Origin: Candidatus Berkelbacteria bacterium
GTDB taxonomy: Bacteria; Patescibacteriota; UBA1384; JACPKC01
NCBI GenBank assembly: GCA_016187225.1
Contig: JACPKC010000006.1
Location: forward strand, 25,051-89,050
Direction of reading: 5' to 3'
DNA: 64,000 bases
This document shows, one piece after another, positions 1 to 11,764 of this stretch. Positions within the stretch are counted from its first letter, which is position 1. Every line of letters starts with the position of its first letter. The position numbers and the translations under genes are program-made. The notes under the pieces were generated by a model. It saw only the letters and a list, made by a program, of their open reading frames with translations, ran no database searches and had not been told where the DNA came from.

Positions 1-2049
1 CTCGGCTTGCAACTTGATGTGATCAATTTTGTCAGCTCTTCTAGTCATTCTCTGTAGAGCGACTGCGCCATTTTTTCTGTTTACACTTCGTTTATGCTCG
101 TATGGAATGACCGACTTATTATAGGAAGAACTAAATTCTTCATAAACATGCCGTGATTTTCTATTCATTACACGTTCGTTTCGATAATGCTCAATGCCTG
201 CTTTTTCACTTTTCTCAAATTTTTGCAAATGAATCGTTTGACTTTTTGCCTCTTCTCGCGCCGTTTTTTTTCGGTGAGTGTGTCCCATGCTCGATGCTGA
301 AACACCGGAATTTTTTCTATACATGCTACGTTCGTGAGTTAGATGAATTACTGGTTCGAGTTGCTTTGTTTTCTGCGATTTCGGCCTTGGTTTTTGCAGA
401 TTTTCGGATATTAAAAATGGGAGATTGGGTTTAGGCAAATGGTAAGATTTTCTCACACTCGCTACACTCCCAGCAGAAGGGCGTTCTTTAGCCTTGGGTG
501 AATCAACTGATATTTTTTGTAAACATTCGTCGGTTGGAGTTTGACTGATGCTTATAGGGCAAACCCTAGTGAGTGGCATTTCAGTTTCAATGCTTTCGGC
601 TCGTCTTAAATGGCTTTCTTTTGTTTCTTCTTGTAACGGCCGATGGGGCGGACTGATGGCGGGGGCAGGTTGCTCTATGCATTGAACGTTCGTTGGTTGT
701 ATAATGAGTTCATCTCTAGAAACTAAACTATCTGTTTTACATTCGCAGATGCTCTTAATGACATATTCTGCATCTATGATTGGCTCAATCAAATCTATTT
801 TTGATGTAATTCTATCGCTAGCTATGTGATTCTTTAAACTCTTATGTTCTGTTTTAATATGGTCTGCCTGGATTTTTGTATCAACTTCGTTTGGTTCAAT
901 ATGTTCTATCCAATCAGTTTTTTCTCCTGGCTGCACATTTTCGGCTAGGTTTTTTAGCTCAAATTCAAATGAATCTTCTCGCTTAATTTCATTCTCACTC
1001 TCATTCTTTTCAGCATCCTCATCGGTATTCCCTGCTTTCCCATCTACGTACGTGCACACATTCAACGTTCGTTTAATTTGTGTTGGAGCAGGCATGTTGA
1101 GTGTTTCGTCCTCTATGCCGGAGGAGTTATCTAGGTCGGCTGGTTCTATTGGCAGAAGAATATCTAGTTCTTCGAGATTCGACTTCATCTCAACTCCAAG
1201 ACATTTGCCGACTTGAAGTATATTTGGGTCGCCCAGAGTGCGATAAATGTTTGTCATCAAAATGTTCACGTTCGGAATATGTGTAGCCCAAATGTGCTCT
1301 CCTCGCACAGAAAGCTCATTCACCAGAGTCGCATATAAACTAAATTGTTCAGGGTCGGCTAAGTCCCAATGCACAAGAGGCGAGCCGTCTTCATTGATGA
1401 GCTCAAAACCAGTTTCTGTGCGTAAAAGTGAAAAGTGAAAAAGCTGATGCTTCTCTTCTTGCTCAAGCGATTCTATTTTTTTTACGGGCCTGAATGGATC
1501 ATCTTGAGGGTCGATGTTCGTGACTTGATAGTCCGGTAAAGATGTTTCTGGCAGGATCGTCGCGCGGACAATATGAGTCTCTGGTTCAAGCTCAAAGTAC
1601 TGTTCTTGGCGAGTCTCTGGCGATTTTCTAAGCGCAGAGCCGAACTGGTTGAGTTCTGTGCACAATTTTTCAATTTCTTCAAATTCTTGCTCGCCGATAA
1701 GATCAAAGTCAAGTTCAACAAAACCATTGTCACGCAGTACCTGGGAGAGATTATCACTTTGCTCGAGAGGAATGAGGGGCATGAGTAGTTTGTGTGGAGA
1801 AATCTCTTTAGGACATTGCCAGAGGAGAAGAGAATGACTTTGATTCTCATTTTGCGACAAGTAATACCAAGTCTCTTTATTTGTTTGTGGATAAAATGCA
1901 AAAAAATCTTGCCCAATTCCTTCATGGCAAGATTCTTGTACTTGGCACTCGTCCTGATTTGGTTTGCAATCAACTAACTCAAGATTCTCATTGACTGGAT
2001 GATGCTGTTCAAGCTCGCGTGAAGATAGTTGTGCCTCAAGAGTTTCCAT
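1..2049 (-). CDS. Large acidic hypothetical protein, at least 683 aa, 5' partial at the window edge. The C-terminal region has degenerate basic repeats of the form xERxMNRKxxx.
   Basis: Manual reverse-complement translation from ATG at 2049-2047 (RBS GAGGAG 6 nt upstream) is open through all 683 codons to position 1. The ORF is absent from the track, probably because it has no stop inside the window. The track ORFs 153..434(+) and 1482..1973(-) are other frames or the antisense of this gene. The region is AT-rich relative to the core. Confidence 0.6.
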   Translation of the reverse strand, partial: METLEAQLSSRELEQHHPVNENLELVDCKPNQDECQVQESCHEGIGQDFFAFYPQTNKETWYYLSQNENQSHSLLLWQCPKEISPHKLLMPLIPLEQSDNLSQVLRDNGFVELDFDLIGEQEFEEIEKLCTELNQFGSALRKSPETRQEQYFELEPETHIVRATILPETSLPDYQVTNIDPQDDPFRPVKKIESLEQEEKHQLFHFSLLRTETGFELINEDGSPLVHWDLADPEQFSLYATLVNELSVRGEHIWATHIPNVNILMTNIYRTLGDPNILQVGKCLGVEMKSNLEELDILLPIEPADLDNSSGIEDETLNMPAPTQIKRTLNVCTYVDGKAGNTDEDAEKNESENEIKREDSFEFELKNLAENVQPGEKTDWIEHIEPNEVDTKIQADHIKTEHKSLKNHIASDRITSKIDLIEPIIDAEYVIKSICECKTDSLVSRDELIIQPTNVQCIEQPAPAISPPHRPLQEETKESHLRRAESIETEMPLTRVCPISISQTPTDECLQKISVDSPKAKERPSAGSVASVRKSYHLPKPNLPFLISENLQKPRPKSQKTKQLEPVIHLTHERSMYRKNSGVSASSMGHTHRKKTAREEAKSQTIHLQKFEKSEKAGIEHYRNERVMNRKSRHVYEEFSSSYNKSVIPYEHKRSVNRKNGAVALQRMTRRADKIDHIKLQAE

Positions 2050-2172
2050 ATTCTCCTCTGCAACGGAGGTGAGCACTGTAAATTTCTTAAGGCTGGTTGT
2101 CGGACTCCCACTCGAAGTGGATTACCGTTGCGGCACAGCGCCGGAATCTCACCGGACTTTCCCTAAAGATAT
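2050..2172 (-). promoter_or_regulatory. Cobalamin (B12) riboswitch, short class without the large P6 extension, plus its expression platform
   Basis: The minus-strand RNA reads AGGGAAAGUCCGGUGAGAUUCCGGCGCUGUGCCGCAACGGUAAUCC...GGGAGUCCGACAACCAGCC. This matches the conserved cobalamin-riboswitch core (AGGGAA, GGUGnnAnUCC, GCnG, CCGCAACGGUAA) and the 3' AGUCnGAnAACCnGCC element. A downstream CACCUCC can pair with the GAGGAG RBS of the ORF that starts at 2049. Confidence 0.75.
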
Positions 2173-2236
2173 GATAGTGACCTTAAGATTAAATTGTTAT
2201 TTTTATTCTAAACTAGATAGTCTTTAACGTGTCAAG

Positions 2237-2265
2237 AAAAGCCCCTTTTGAGGGGCTTTTCTTGA
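2237..2265 (-). terminator. Rho-independent terminator hairpin aaaagccccTTTTGAggggctttt, bidirectional
   Basis: A perfect GC-rich 9-bp stem is flanked by A-runs and T-runs. It lies directly after the 58-aa ORF and before the riboswitch promoter region. Confidence 0.7.
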
Positions 2266-2279
2266 GCTTGCACTATTTT

Positions 2280-2456
2280 TTACTGTGCTGGCGGAGTTCC
2301 TTGAGGCATCCCACCGCCCATGCCATCGTCTTCCTTAGTGCTTTCATCTGGCATCCCCGCTGGAGCCGGGGTATCAGATGGAGCCGATGGAGCGACTGGC
2401 GGCACGCCGCCTGGTTGATCATCACTTCCAGGCATATTTGGCATATCGTCGAACAT
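2280..2456 (-). CDS. Small 58-aa Pro/Gly/Met-rich acidic protein (MFDDMPNMPGSDDQPGGVPPVAPSAPSDTPAPAGMPDESTKEDDGMGGGMPQGTPPAQ)
   Basis: The ATG has a strong RBS (GGAGGTCGAT-ATG). The ORF is below the 60-aa cutoff of the track. It ends 15 nt before the terminator hairpin. Confidence 0.45.
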   Translation of the reverse strand: MFDDMPNMPGSDDQPGGVPPVAPSAPSDTPAPAGMPDESTKEDDGMGGGMPQGTPPAQ

Positions 2457-2542
2457 ATCGACCTCCTAGCCTTTTACTACTAACTGCATCATATCAGGAG
2501 AATCAATCAGGTAAATGCATACTTGTGGATAACACATTGACT

Positions 2543-3070
2543 CTAGTATTCATAGACATAAAACGGTCCGTATTGGGTGGTGCGTTGGAACGTCTCACTT
2601 GGCTTGCGGTTTGGGAGCGGAAAACAATAGGCAATAACGCGCGCGCCATGCCTTAATTCTTGTTCGAATTTTTTTTCAAGGCGTTTCATAATGTGCGGTA
2701 AGAGATAGCAATAAACAGTCGAAGTTTTTTTAAGATTGGTTGTATATAAATTTGCGCATCGAAAAGTCAATCCAGGAATCCCGCGGTGCCGTAACCGAGC
2801 AAATAAAACCAGCGGCAGAGAAATATCGACGCCTTCGGCTAAACTAGAGCCGTGTTTGCAAACATAGGCACAGAGCATTCCTCGGCCGGAACCGAGTTCT
2901 GTAAAATGTTCGCCTGGAGATAGTTGCGCGAGCGCGAGTATCACATGAAAGAGTCCGGGAGGTGTGCTAACAAATTGCGCTCCGCCAGCCACTGATATCA
3001 GGCCGGACAATCCCAAAATCAATAAACCGAGTGCGACACTAAGAAAAATTGTGCTTATCACGAGTGTCAT
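2543..3070 (-). CDS. Small class I SAM-dependent methyltransferase-like protein with an N-terminal TM helix
   Basis: The sequence ELGSGRGM resembles the glycine-rich motif I of Rossmann-fold methyltransferases. The N-terminal 40 residues are hydrophobic. Confidence 0.5.
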   Translation of the reverse strand: MTLVISTIFLSVALGLLILGLSGLISVAGGAQFVSTPPGLFHVILALAQLSPGEHFTELGSGRGMLCAYVCKHGSSLAEGVDISLPLVLFARLRHRGIPGLTFRCANLYTTNLKKTSTVYCYLLPHIMKRLEKKFEQELRHGARVIAYCFPLPNRKPSETFQRTTQYGPFYVYEY

Positions 3071-3178
3071 AGTTACAATATAACTAAAATTAAATTTGGT
3101 GGTGGCTGTATATAAAGTAGCGCGAATTCATCTACAACAAGAACTTGACACTATACTAATCGAAATCCCGCACGTTTT

Positions 3179-4560
3179 GTGCGGGATTTTATGAAAGCAG
3201 AGCCATTTAACGTCAGAGTGATTGCAGAACAATCCACCTATAAAAAACCGCTTGGCATTTTGGCATGGCACCCAGATCGTCTCGCCCGCAATAGCGTTGA
3301 TGGTGGAAAAATAATTTACTTGGTGGACACCGGAGCCATTGCTTCTTTGCGCTTTCCGCAATTTTGGTTTGAGCCAACTCCGCAAGGGAAATTTATGTTG
3401 AACATCGCTTTTGGACAAAGCAAATACTATGTGGATTCTCTTTCCGAAAACACGAAAAGGGGTTTGCGCCAAAAGGTTCGCAGGGGCGAATATCCGAGCG
3501 TTGCGCCCATTGGCTACATAAACGATGTCCGCACAAAATCAATCGTGGTGGATAGAAAGAAAGCTCGGATTATTCGCCAAGCGTTTGAGCTATACGCAAA
3601 AAGTAATTCGCGACTGGAGGACATTTCGAACTTTTTGGCGCAACGCGGAATACTATCCCACGGCGGAAAGAGAATCCACAAGACGAGGGCGACTTTTATC
3701 CTTTCCAACCCGTTTTACACCGGATTATTCAAATATGGCGGTGAACTTCACGAAGGAAAGTACGAGCCAATAGTGGCAAAGAAACTTTTTGATCAAGTAC
3801 AAGAAGTGATGAAACGGAGAAGTCGTCCGCGCCACAAACAGAAAAATGAACCACAAGTATATTGCGGACTCCTTTCGTGCGCGTCATGCGGTATGCAAAT
3901 CACTGGCGAATACAGGGTGAAGACGCAGTTGAACGGCACACAACATTTCTATACTTACTGCCACTGCACCAAGAAATCTAAAACTCAAAAATGTCCTGAA
4001 CCCTGTATTCGCCAAGAATCGTTGGACGCGCAAATTTCATCACTTCTGCAAAAAGTTTCTTTGCCACAAGATTGGGCGAACTATCTAAACGGAAGACTTG
4101 AAAAAGACAAAACGGAATCCGCCCAATCTGTTTCTGCTTTTGTTGAAAAAAATCAAAAAATGATTACTGACATCACAGCGAAGCTCCAGCGACTTTTAGA
4201 CGGCTATTTAGAACAAGATATAGACAAGGAAGTATATCGTGCTGAAGAATCAAAATTGCTATCCGAGAAAAAGTCGCTGGAGGAGGAAATATCTCGTAAT
4301 CAACAAAAGCAGAAACATTGGCTCGAACCGATGGAAAAGTGGATAAAGGACGCGGGAAATATGGAAAAAATTGCATTGGATAGCAACCTTTTTGCTAAAA
4401 AGGTTGCTGCCAAAGAAATCTTTGACTCGCACCTCTTTCTTGGCGAAAAAACAGTCCGCCCCGCCGAAGGCGGGACTCCGAATTCGTTTGGAAAAATGGG
4501 GGGAAATCAGTGGGACGCGCTTCGCGCGTCCCACGCTCTTGGGTCTTCTGTATCTTTTTC
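3179..4560 (+). pseudogene. Large serine recombinase (resolvase/invertase family), N-terminally truncated remnant
   Basis: The ORF begins inside the catalytic domain (LAWHPDRLARN...GKFMLNIAFGQSKYYVDSLSENTKRGL...PIGYIND). There is no upstream sequence in any frame for the catalytic-Ser N-terminus. The recombinase domain, a Cys-rich zinc ribbon (CGLLSCASCG...CHC...C) and a coiled coil follow. The track ORF reads on through a terminator hairpin and the opposite-strand tRNA-Gly, which is an artifact. Confidence 0.6.
4509..4533 (-). terminator. Hairpin gtgggacgcgc-ttc-gcgcgtcccac, likely terminator of the atp operon/tRNA-Gly transcript
   Basis: A perfect 11-bp GC-rich stem sits downstream of tRNA-Gly on the minus strand. 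A U-rich tract (uuuuucc) follows on the minus strand after a short spacer. Confidence 0.45.
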
Positions 4561-4568
4561 TACAAAAC

Positions 4569-4642
4569 TGGAGCGAGTGAGGGGAATCGAACCCCCGTCT
4601 CAACCTTGGGAAGGTCGCATTCTGCCATTGAACCACACTCGC
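4569..4642 (-). tRNA. tRNA-Gly (anticodon CCC), CCA encoded
   Basis: Manual fold. The acceptor is GCGAGUG/CACUCGC and the anticodon stem is CGACC/GGUUG. The anticodon loop is UUCCCAA and the T-loop is UUCGAUU. The discriminator is U. Confidence 0.85.
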
Positions 4643-4666
4643 AGACGCCTTCCGTATTGTAAACGA

Positions 4667-7351
<2,685 letters not shown>

Positions 7352-8848
7352 TTATTTGCTTTAAGTCGGCTTCAATCTCGTCGAGTTTCGGATTTTCATC
7401 AAAACGCGTGCAAACAGCTGGAAACTTAGTGGCCAAATACTCTCTTAGCCCAGCTTCAAACTCACCCACTCTCTCGACAGACACGTCGTCCAGATAACCA
7501 TTATTCACAGCATAAAATGCGATTACTTGATCGGCGACTGTAAGCGGCTGATATTGAGGTTGTTTCAAAAGCTCGCTCACACGCCGACCGCGTTCTAACT
7601 GCTTGCGTGTTGCCTCATCGAGATCAGAGCCAAATTGAGCGAAACTTTCAAGCTCACGAAATTGGGCGAGATCAAGACGCACCTGCCCCGCCACTTTTTT
7701 CATTGCCTTGGTTTGAGCCGAGCCGCCAACGCGTGAAACCGAAAGGCCAACATTTAGAGCCGGTCGAACACCGCGATAAAAGAGATCGGTTTCTAGAAAA
7801 ATTTGGCCATCGGTAATGGAAATGACATTCGTTGGGATATAAGCCGAAACATCGCCAGCCTGTGTTTCAATAATCGGTAAAGCCGTTAGCGAGCCGCCGC
7901 CATGATCTTGATTGAGCCGCGCGGCGCGTTCGAGCAAGCGTGAATGCAGATAAAACACGTCGCCTGGATAAGCCTCGCGACCGGGCGGACGACGCAAGAG
8001 CAAGGACATTTCGCGGTAGGCCCAGGCGTGTTTAGAAAGATCATCATAGACTATCAAAGCGTCCTGACCATGATCGCGGAAGTACTCGCCCATCGCGCAA
8101 CCGGCATACGGCGCCAGATATTGCAGAGGCGCTGGATCAGACGCACCCGCGACCACAATAATTGTATGCTCAAGTGCGCCATACTCCTGCAAGATCGCAA
8201 CGATGCGAGCAATCTTTGATTCCTTCTGTCCAATTGCAACATAAATGCAGATAATGCCACTGTTTTTTTGATTGATAATAGCGTCAATCGCCACCGCGGT
8301 TTTGCCAGTACCACGATCACCGATAATCAATTCTCGCTGACCACGACCAATTGGAATCAAGCCATCAATTGCCTTCAGGCCAGTTTGCACCGGCTGATTA
8401 ACTGATTGGCGAGTGATGACACCTGGAGCAATTTTTTCCAAGAGTCCGGTTTCTTTGGTCTCAATCGGCCCCTTGCCATCCAAGGCTTCACCGAGCGGAT
8501 TCACAACCCGACCAACGAGTGTCTCGCCGACCGGGACTGACATTACCTGACCGGTTGAGCGCACCGTATCTCCTTCGGCGACTGCTCGCGCATCCCCTAG
8601 AATCACAGCGCCGACGTTAGTCTCCTCAAGGTTAAGCGCGATGCCAGTTATAGTTAGTCCACTTTGAGTTACAAACTCTAACATCTCCGAAGATTGGGCG
8701 CGCTCCAAGCCAGCAACCCGTGCAATACCATCGCCAACCTCAATCACTGTACCTTGCGCGGTTTGGTGCGCCTCTGGCTTGTAACCTTGTATCCGTCGAC
8801 GCAGATGGTCAATAATTGTAGCTGAATTTTGTTCTGGCATATTTCTCC

Positions 8849-9346
8849 TTACGCTGTGAGGACTTTACGGAACCCAGCAAGTTTACCCTGGAGCGAATAG
8901 TCTAATGTCTGCCCAATTAAGGATAGTTTTAATCCACCCAAAATAGCTGGTTCAATCTGTCGATCTAAAATAAACTCTGAATCTGAAAAAACTTGCTCAA
9001 TCAGATGGATATGTTCGGGTGAAAGCTCGCTTGCCGTTGTAAGTGTCAAGCTGTAGGCATTCCTCGTTTTGGCTAAAATTTTCAACGCTTGATCCATTAT
9101 ACCGGTTAGGCGCTTAAAAGCTCCTTCTTCGGCCAAAAGAATCAAAAATTGCGCAAGCGCGGTAGGCATTATAAAATTTTTGGTAAAAACTTCTCGCGCC
9201 TTTTGTGAACCTTGAACGATTACTCGGCCAAGTAAGCGTTGAATGCGCCGATCCTTAAGAAGAAGATACCAACTCGATTGTTCGCGAAGTGGCACTTTCA
9301 CTTGCGCCTCAATTAAGGCCCGGGCGTGAACACGGTTACTGATCAT
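8849..9346 (-). CDS. atpH: ATP synthase delta (OSCP) subunit
   Basis: A 165-aa protein of OSCP-like sequence, positioned between atpF and atpA. Confidence 0.8.
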   Translation of the reverse strand: MISNRVHARALIEAQVKVPLREQSSWYLLLKDRRIQRLLGRVIVQGSQKAREVFTKNFIMPTALAQFLILLAEEGAFKRLTGIMDQALKILAKTRNAYSLTLTTASELSPEHIHLIEQVFSDSEFILDRQIEPAILGGLKLSLIGQTLDYSLQGKLAGFRKVLTA

Positions 9347-9887
9347 GCCGCTCCTTGACTGTCTTCAGGGCAGTTTTAATTTCGGCATCACTTAGAGGAT
9401 TTTTTTGCCCATCAAGAATGCGTTCAAGCGCCGCCGCAACGAGAGTGCCGATTTCATGCTCAACTTCACTCATAAGACGGCCTTTCTCGCTTTCAAGCTG
9501 TTTGTGAGTGCGATCTACGAAATCTGTGGCTTCGCGATCGGCTTTAGTCTTGATCTGCTCAGCGACTTGCTCGGCGGACGTCCGCGCCTCGTCGAGAATC
9601 TGCTTAGCCTCAATCTTTGCCGCTTGCAATTGTTCGGCTGTTTCACGCCCAATTTCTTCCGCGCGTTTGGCGCTTGCTTCAGCCTGACGGAGTCCTGCTT
9701 CGATCTTGTTTTGACGTTTACGCAAAATCTCGAGCACTGGCCGATAAAGCACCCAGCGCAACAATAAAAATAACAGGAAAAAATTGACAACCTGGGTAAT
9801 TAAGAGCGGTGTATCCACTCCCAAAGCGGCAATTCCGGAGAGAGCTGGCTCCGCCGTAACTTCAGTTGTAACAACTGTTTGTGACAT
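9336..9887 (-). CDS. atpF: ATP synthase Fo subunit b
   Basis: A single N-terminal TM helix followed by a long charged coiled coil, in the expected operon position. Confidence 0.8.
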   Translation of the reverse strand: MSQTVVTTEVTAEPALSGIAALGVDTPLLITQVVNFFLLFLLLRWVLYRPVLEILRKRQNKIEAGLRQAEASAKRAEEIGRETAEQLQAAKIEAKQILDEARTSAEQVAEQIKTKADREATDFVDRTHKQLESEKGRLMSEVEHEIGTLVAAALERILDGQKNPLSDAEIKTALKTVKERHDQ

Positions 9888-10139
<252 letters not shown>

Positions 10140-10892
10140 TTAGTGAGCTTCAGAATGGGTATCGGCTGTAGCTGTAACAATAAAAACAAGTGTCAGCATC
10201 ATAAACACAAGCGCCTGAATAAACCCAACGAGTAGTTCGATCACATAAAATGGCACCGGCACGACATAGGGAATTAAGAAGGCAATCACTACGAGTAATA
10301 CTTCTCCAGCGAAGATATTACCAAATAATCGAAAGGTAAAGGAGATCACGCGAGCAACTTCGCCTATGATATGCAGGAAGCCAACAAAAAATCCGATCGC
10401 ACCTTCCAGGGTTGGTTTAAATGAAAGATAGTGACGCACATGTTTAAAGAAGCCTAAAGCGATAATCCCCAAAATTTGAGTGCCTAAAACAGAGATGAGG
10501 GCGAGGGCGAGTGGAGTATTGAGATCGGTATTGGCGCTCCGTAAGAGTGGCGCTTCGCCAGTATTGGTATATAAAACCAAACTGCCAAATCCGGGGATGA
10601 GCTCCATCCAGTTCAGGGTAAGAATGAAAAGGAAAAAAGTGGCCAGAAAAGGCAGGAGTTGTTCGGCGCGACGGCGGTCTTGAGTCACTTGCTCAATGAG
10701 ATCGAGCAGAATTTCGATGATTCCTTCGGCAACATTTTGAAATCCGTTTGGAATGAGAGCAATGCGTCGAGTTGCCAAGAATGCCAAACTGACGAGCGTG
10801 AAAATTCCCAGCCAGGTTGCAAGAATCGAGTTTGTAACCACGATCGGACCGAGGGAGAATAATTTTTCAGAAGCAAGAGAAATTTCGTGCAT
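10140..10892 (-). CDS. atpB: ATP synthase Fo subunit a
   Basis: A 250-aa polytopic membrane protein with the conserved Arg-containing motif near the C-terminus (FRLFGNIFAGE). Confidence 0.9.
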   Translation of the reverse strand: MHEISLASEKLFSLGPIVVTNSILATWLGIFTLVSLAFLATRRIALIPNGFQNVAEGIIEILLDLIEQVTQDRRRAEQLLPFLATFFLFILTLNWMELIPGFGSLVLYTNTGEAPLLRSANTDLNTPLALALISVLGTQILGIIALGFFKHVRHYLSFKPTLEGAIGFFVGFLHIIGEVARVISFTFRLFGNIFAGEVLLVVIAFLIPYVVPVPFYVIELLVGFIQALVFMMLTLVFIVTATADTHSEAH

Positions 10893-10910
10893 ATTTCAAA
10901 AGATATATTT

Positions 10911-11159
10911 TTATTCGAAACGCTCAATTTGTTTGATATAGCGGTAGACCAAGCAACTCGAACTGGCAAGCGCTCCGCCTATTCCCAGAAGGATGAAAAG
11001 CGGACTTGTACCCAAGGTTTTATCCAAGTAAGCGCCGCCAAAACCCAGCAATGCCGCTGGAATTGCGATGATAAAACCCAACTGGCTAACAAGCGATAAA
11101 ACAAAAAGGACGCGCTTCATTTGTCCTCTCGAACCTGATACTAATCTGCTGATAATCAA
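10911..11159 (-). CDS. AtpI/AtpZ-like small membrane protein leading the atp operon
   Basis: An 82-aa protein with two TM helices immediately upstream of atpB. Confidence 0.5.
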   Translation of the reverse strand: MIISRLVSGSRGQMKRVLFVLSLVSQLGFIIAIPAALLGFGGAYLDKTLGTSPLFILLGIGGALASSSCLVYRYIKQIERFE

Positions 11160-11241
11160 GCGTCAAGTTCGTATTCAGTCTAGCGTTTAGAATCTTGTTT
11201 TTCCAGTCAAATCTTGCTACCTTTAGACCCGTTACATTTAA

Positions 11242-11318
11242 GGGTCCGTAGTGAAGAGGCCTATCACGCCTCCCTGTCACGGAGGAGATCGCCGGTTCGA
11301 ATCCGGTCGGACCCGCCA
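11242..11318 (+). tRNA. tRNA-Asp (anticodon GTC), CCA encoded
   Basis: Manual fold. The acceptor is GGGUCCG/CGGACCC and the anticodon stem is CCUCC/GGAGG. The anticodon loop is CUGUCAC and the T-loop is UUCGAAU. Confidence 0.85.
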
Positions 11319-11328
11319 AGCCGAATGT

Positions 11329-11666
11329 TTACGCAAGAGCAAGTTTAAGTTTTGCAATTTCACGTTCAGCGCGCACTAGACGTTTTTTGAGTTCATCAAT
11401 TTCCGTGAGAGCATCCTTCTCGGCATTATCCGTGCGTCTATCTAGCTTCTCCAGCGCAAAACGAATGTCAGCAAGTTCTTCTCTGATAAGTTGCTGATAG
11501 TAGGAGCGTTCTTCGAGGAAGCGCTGATCCATAAGTTGTTTTGTAATTTCGCGTTCTTCGAGGAAGCGCTGATCAACATAAGTTTTGAGTTCATTAACTG
11601 TTGCTTCATGTTGTGAAAACAACAATTCAGTCAACTGCTCAACTTGATGATCGGAAAATGCAATAT
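11329..11666 (-). CDS. Coiled-coil hypothetical protein with an internal 24-bp direct repeat
   Basis: A charged heptad-like sequence. The 24-bp repeat gcgttcttcgaggaagcgctgatc occurs twice (11520-11543 and 11567-11590) and encodes DQRFLEER twice. The ATG start chosen at 11666 is uncertain; the track uses TTG at 11712. Confidence 0.45.
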
Positions 11667-11764
11667 TTTTTGCCATGAGTATACTATCCCACACGTCAAA
11701 TGATAGCGTCAATTCGGGGTAGATTCTTATAGGTTGAGGGTGTCGACTCCGCTAGAATGTCAGC

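Noticed and set aside
1482-1973. Track ORF of 163 aa on the minus strand, and track ORFs 153..434, 1101..1286 and 1247..1438 on the plus strand
   Set aside because: They are other frames or the antisense of the continuous 683-codon minus-strand ORF <1..2049. Their composition is low-complexity with no RBS. The long ORF explains the region.
3128-3472. 114-aa minus-strand ORF overlapping the recombinase remnant
   Set aside because: It is antisense to a clear recombinase-domain reading frame.
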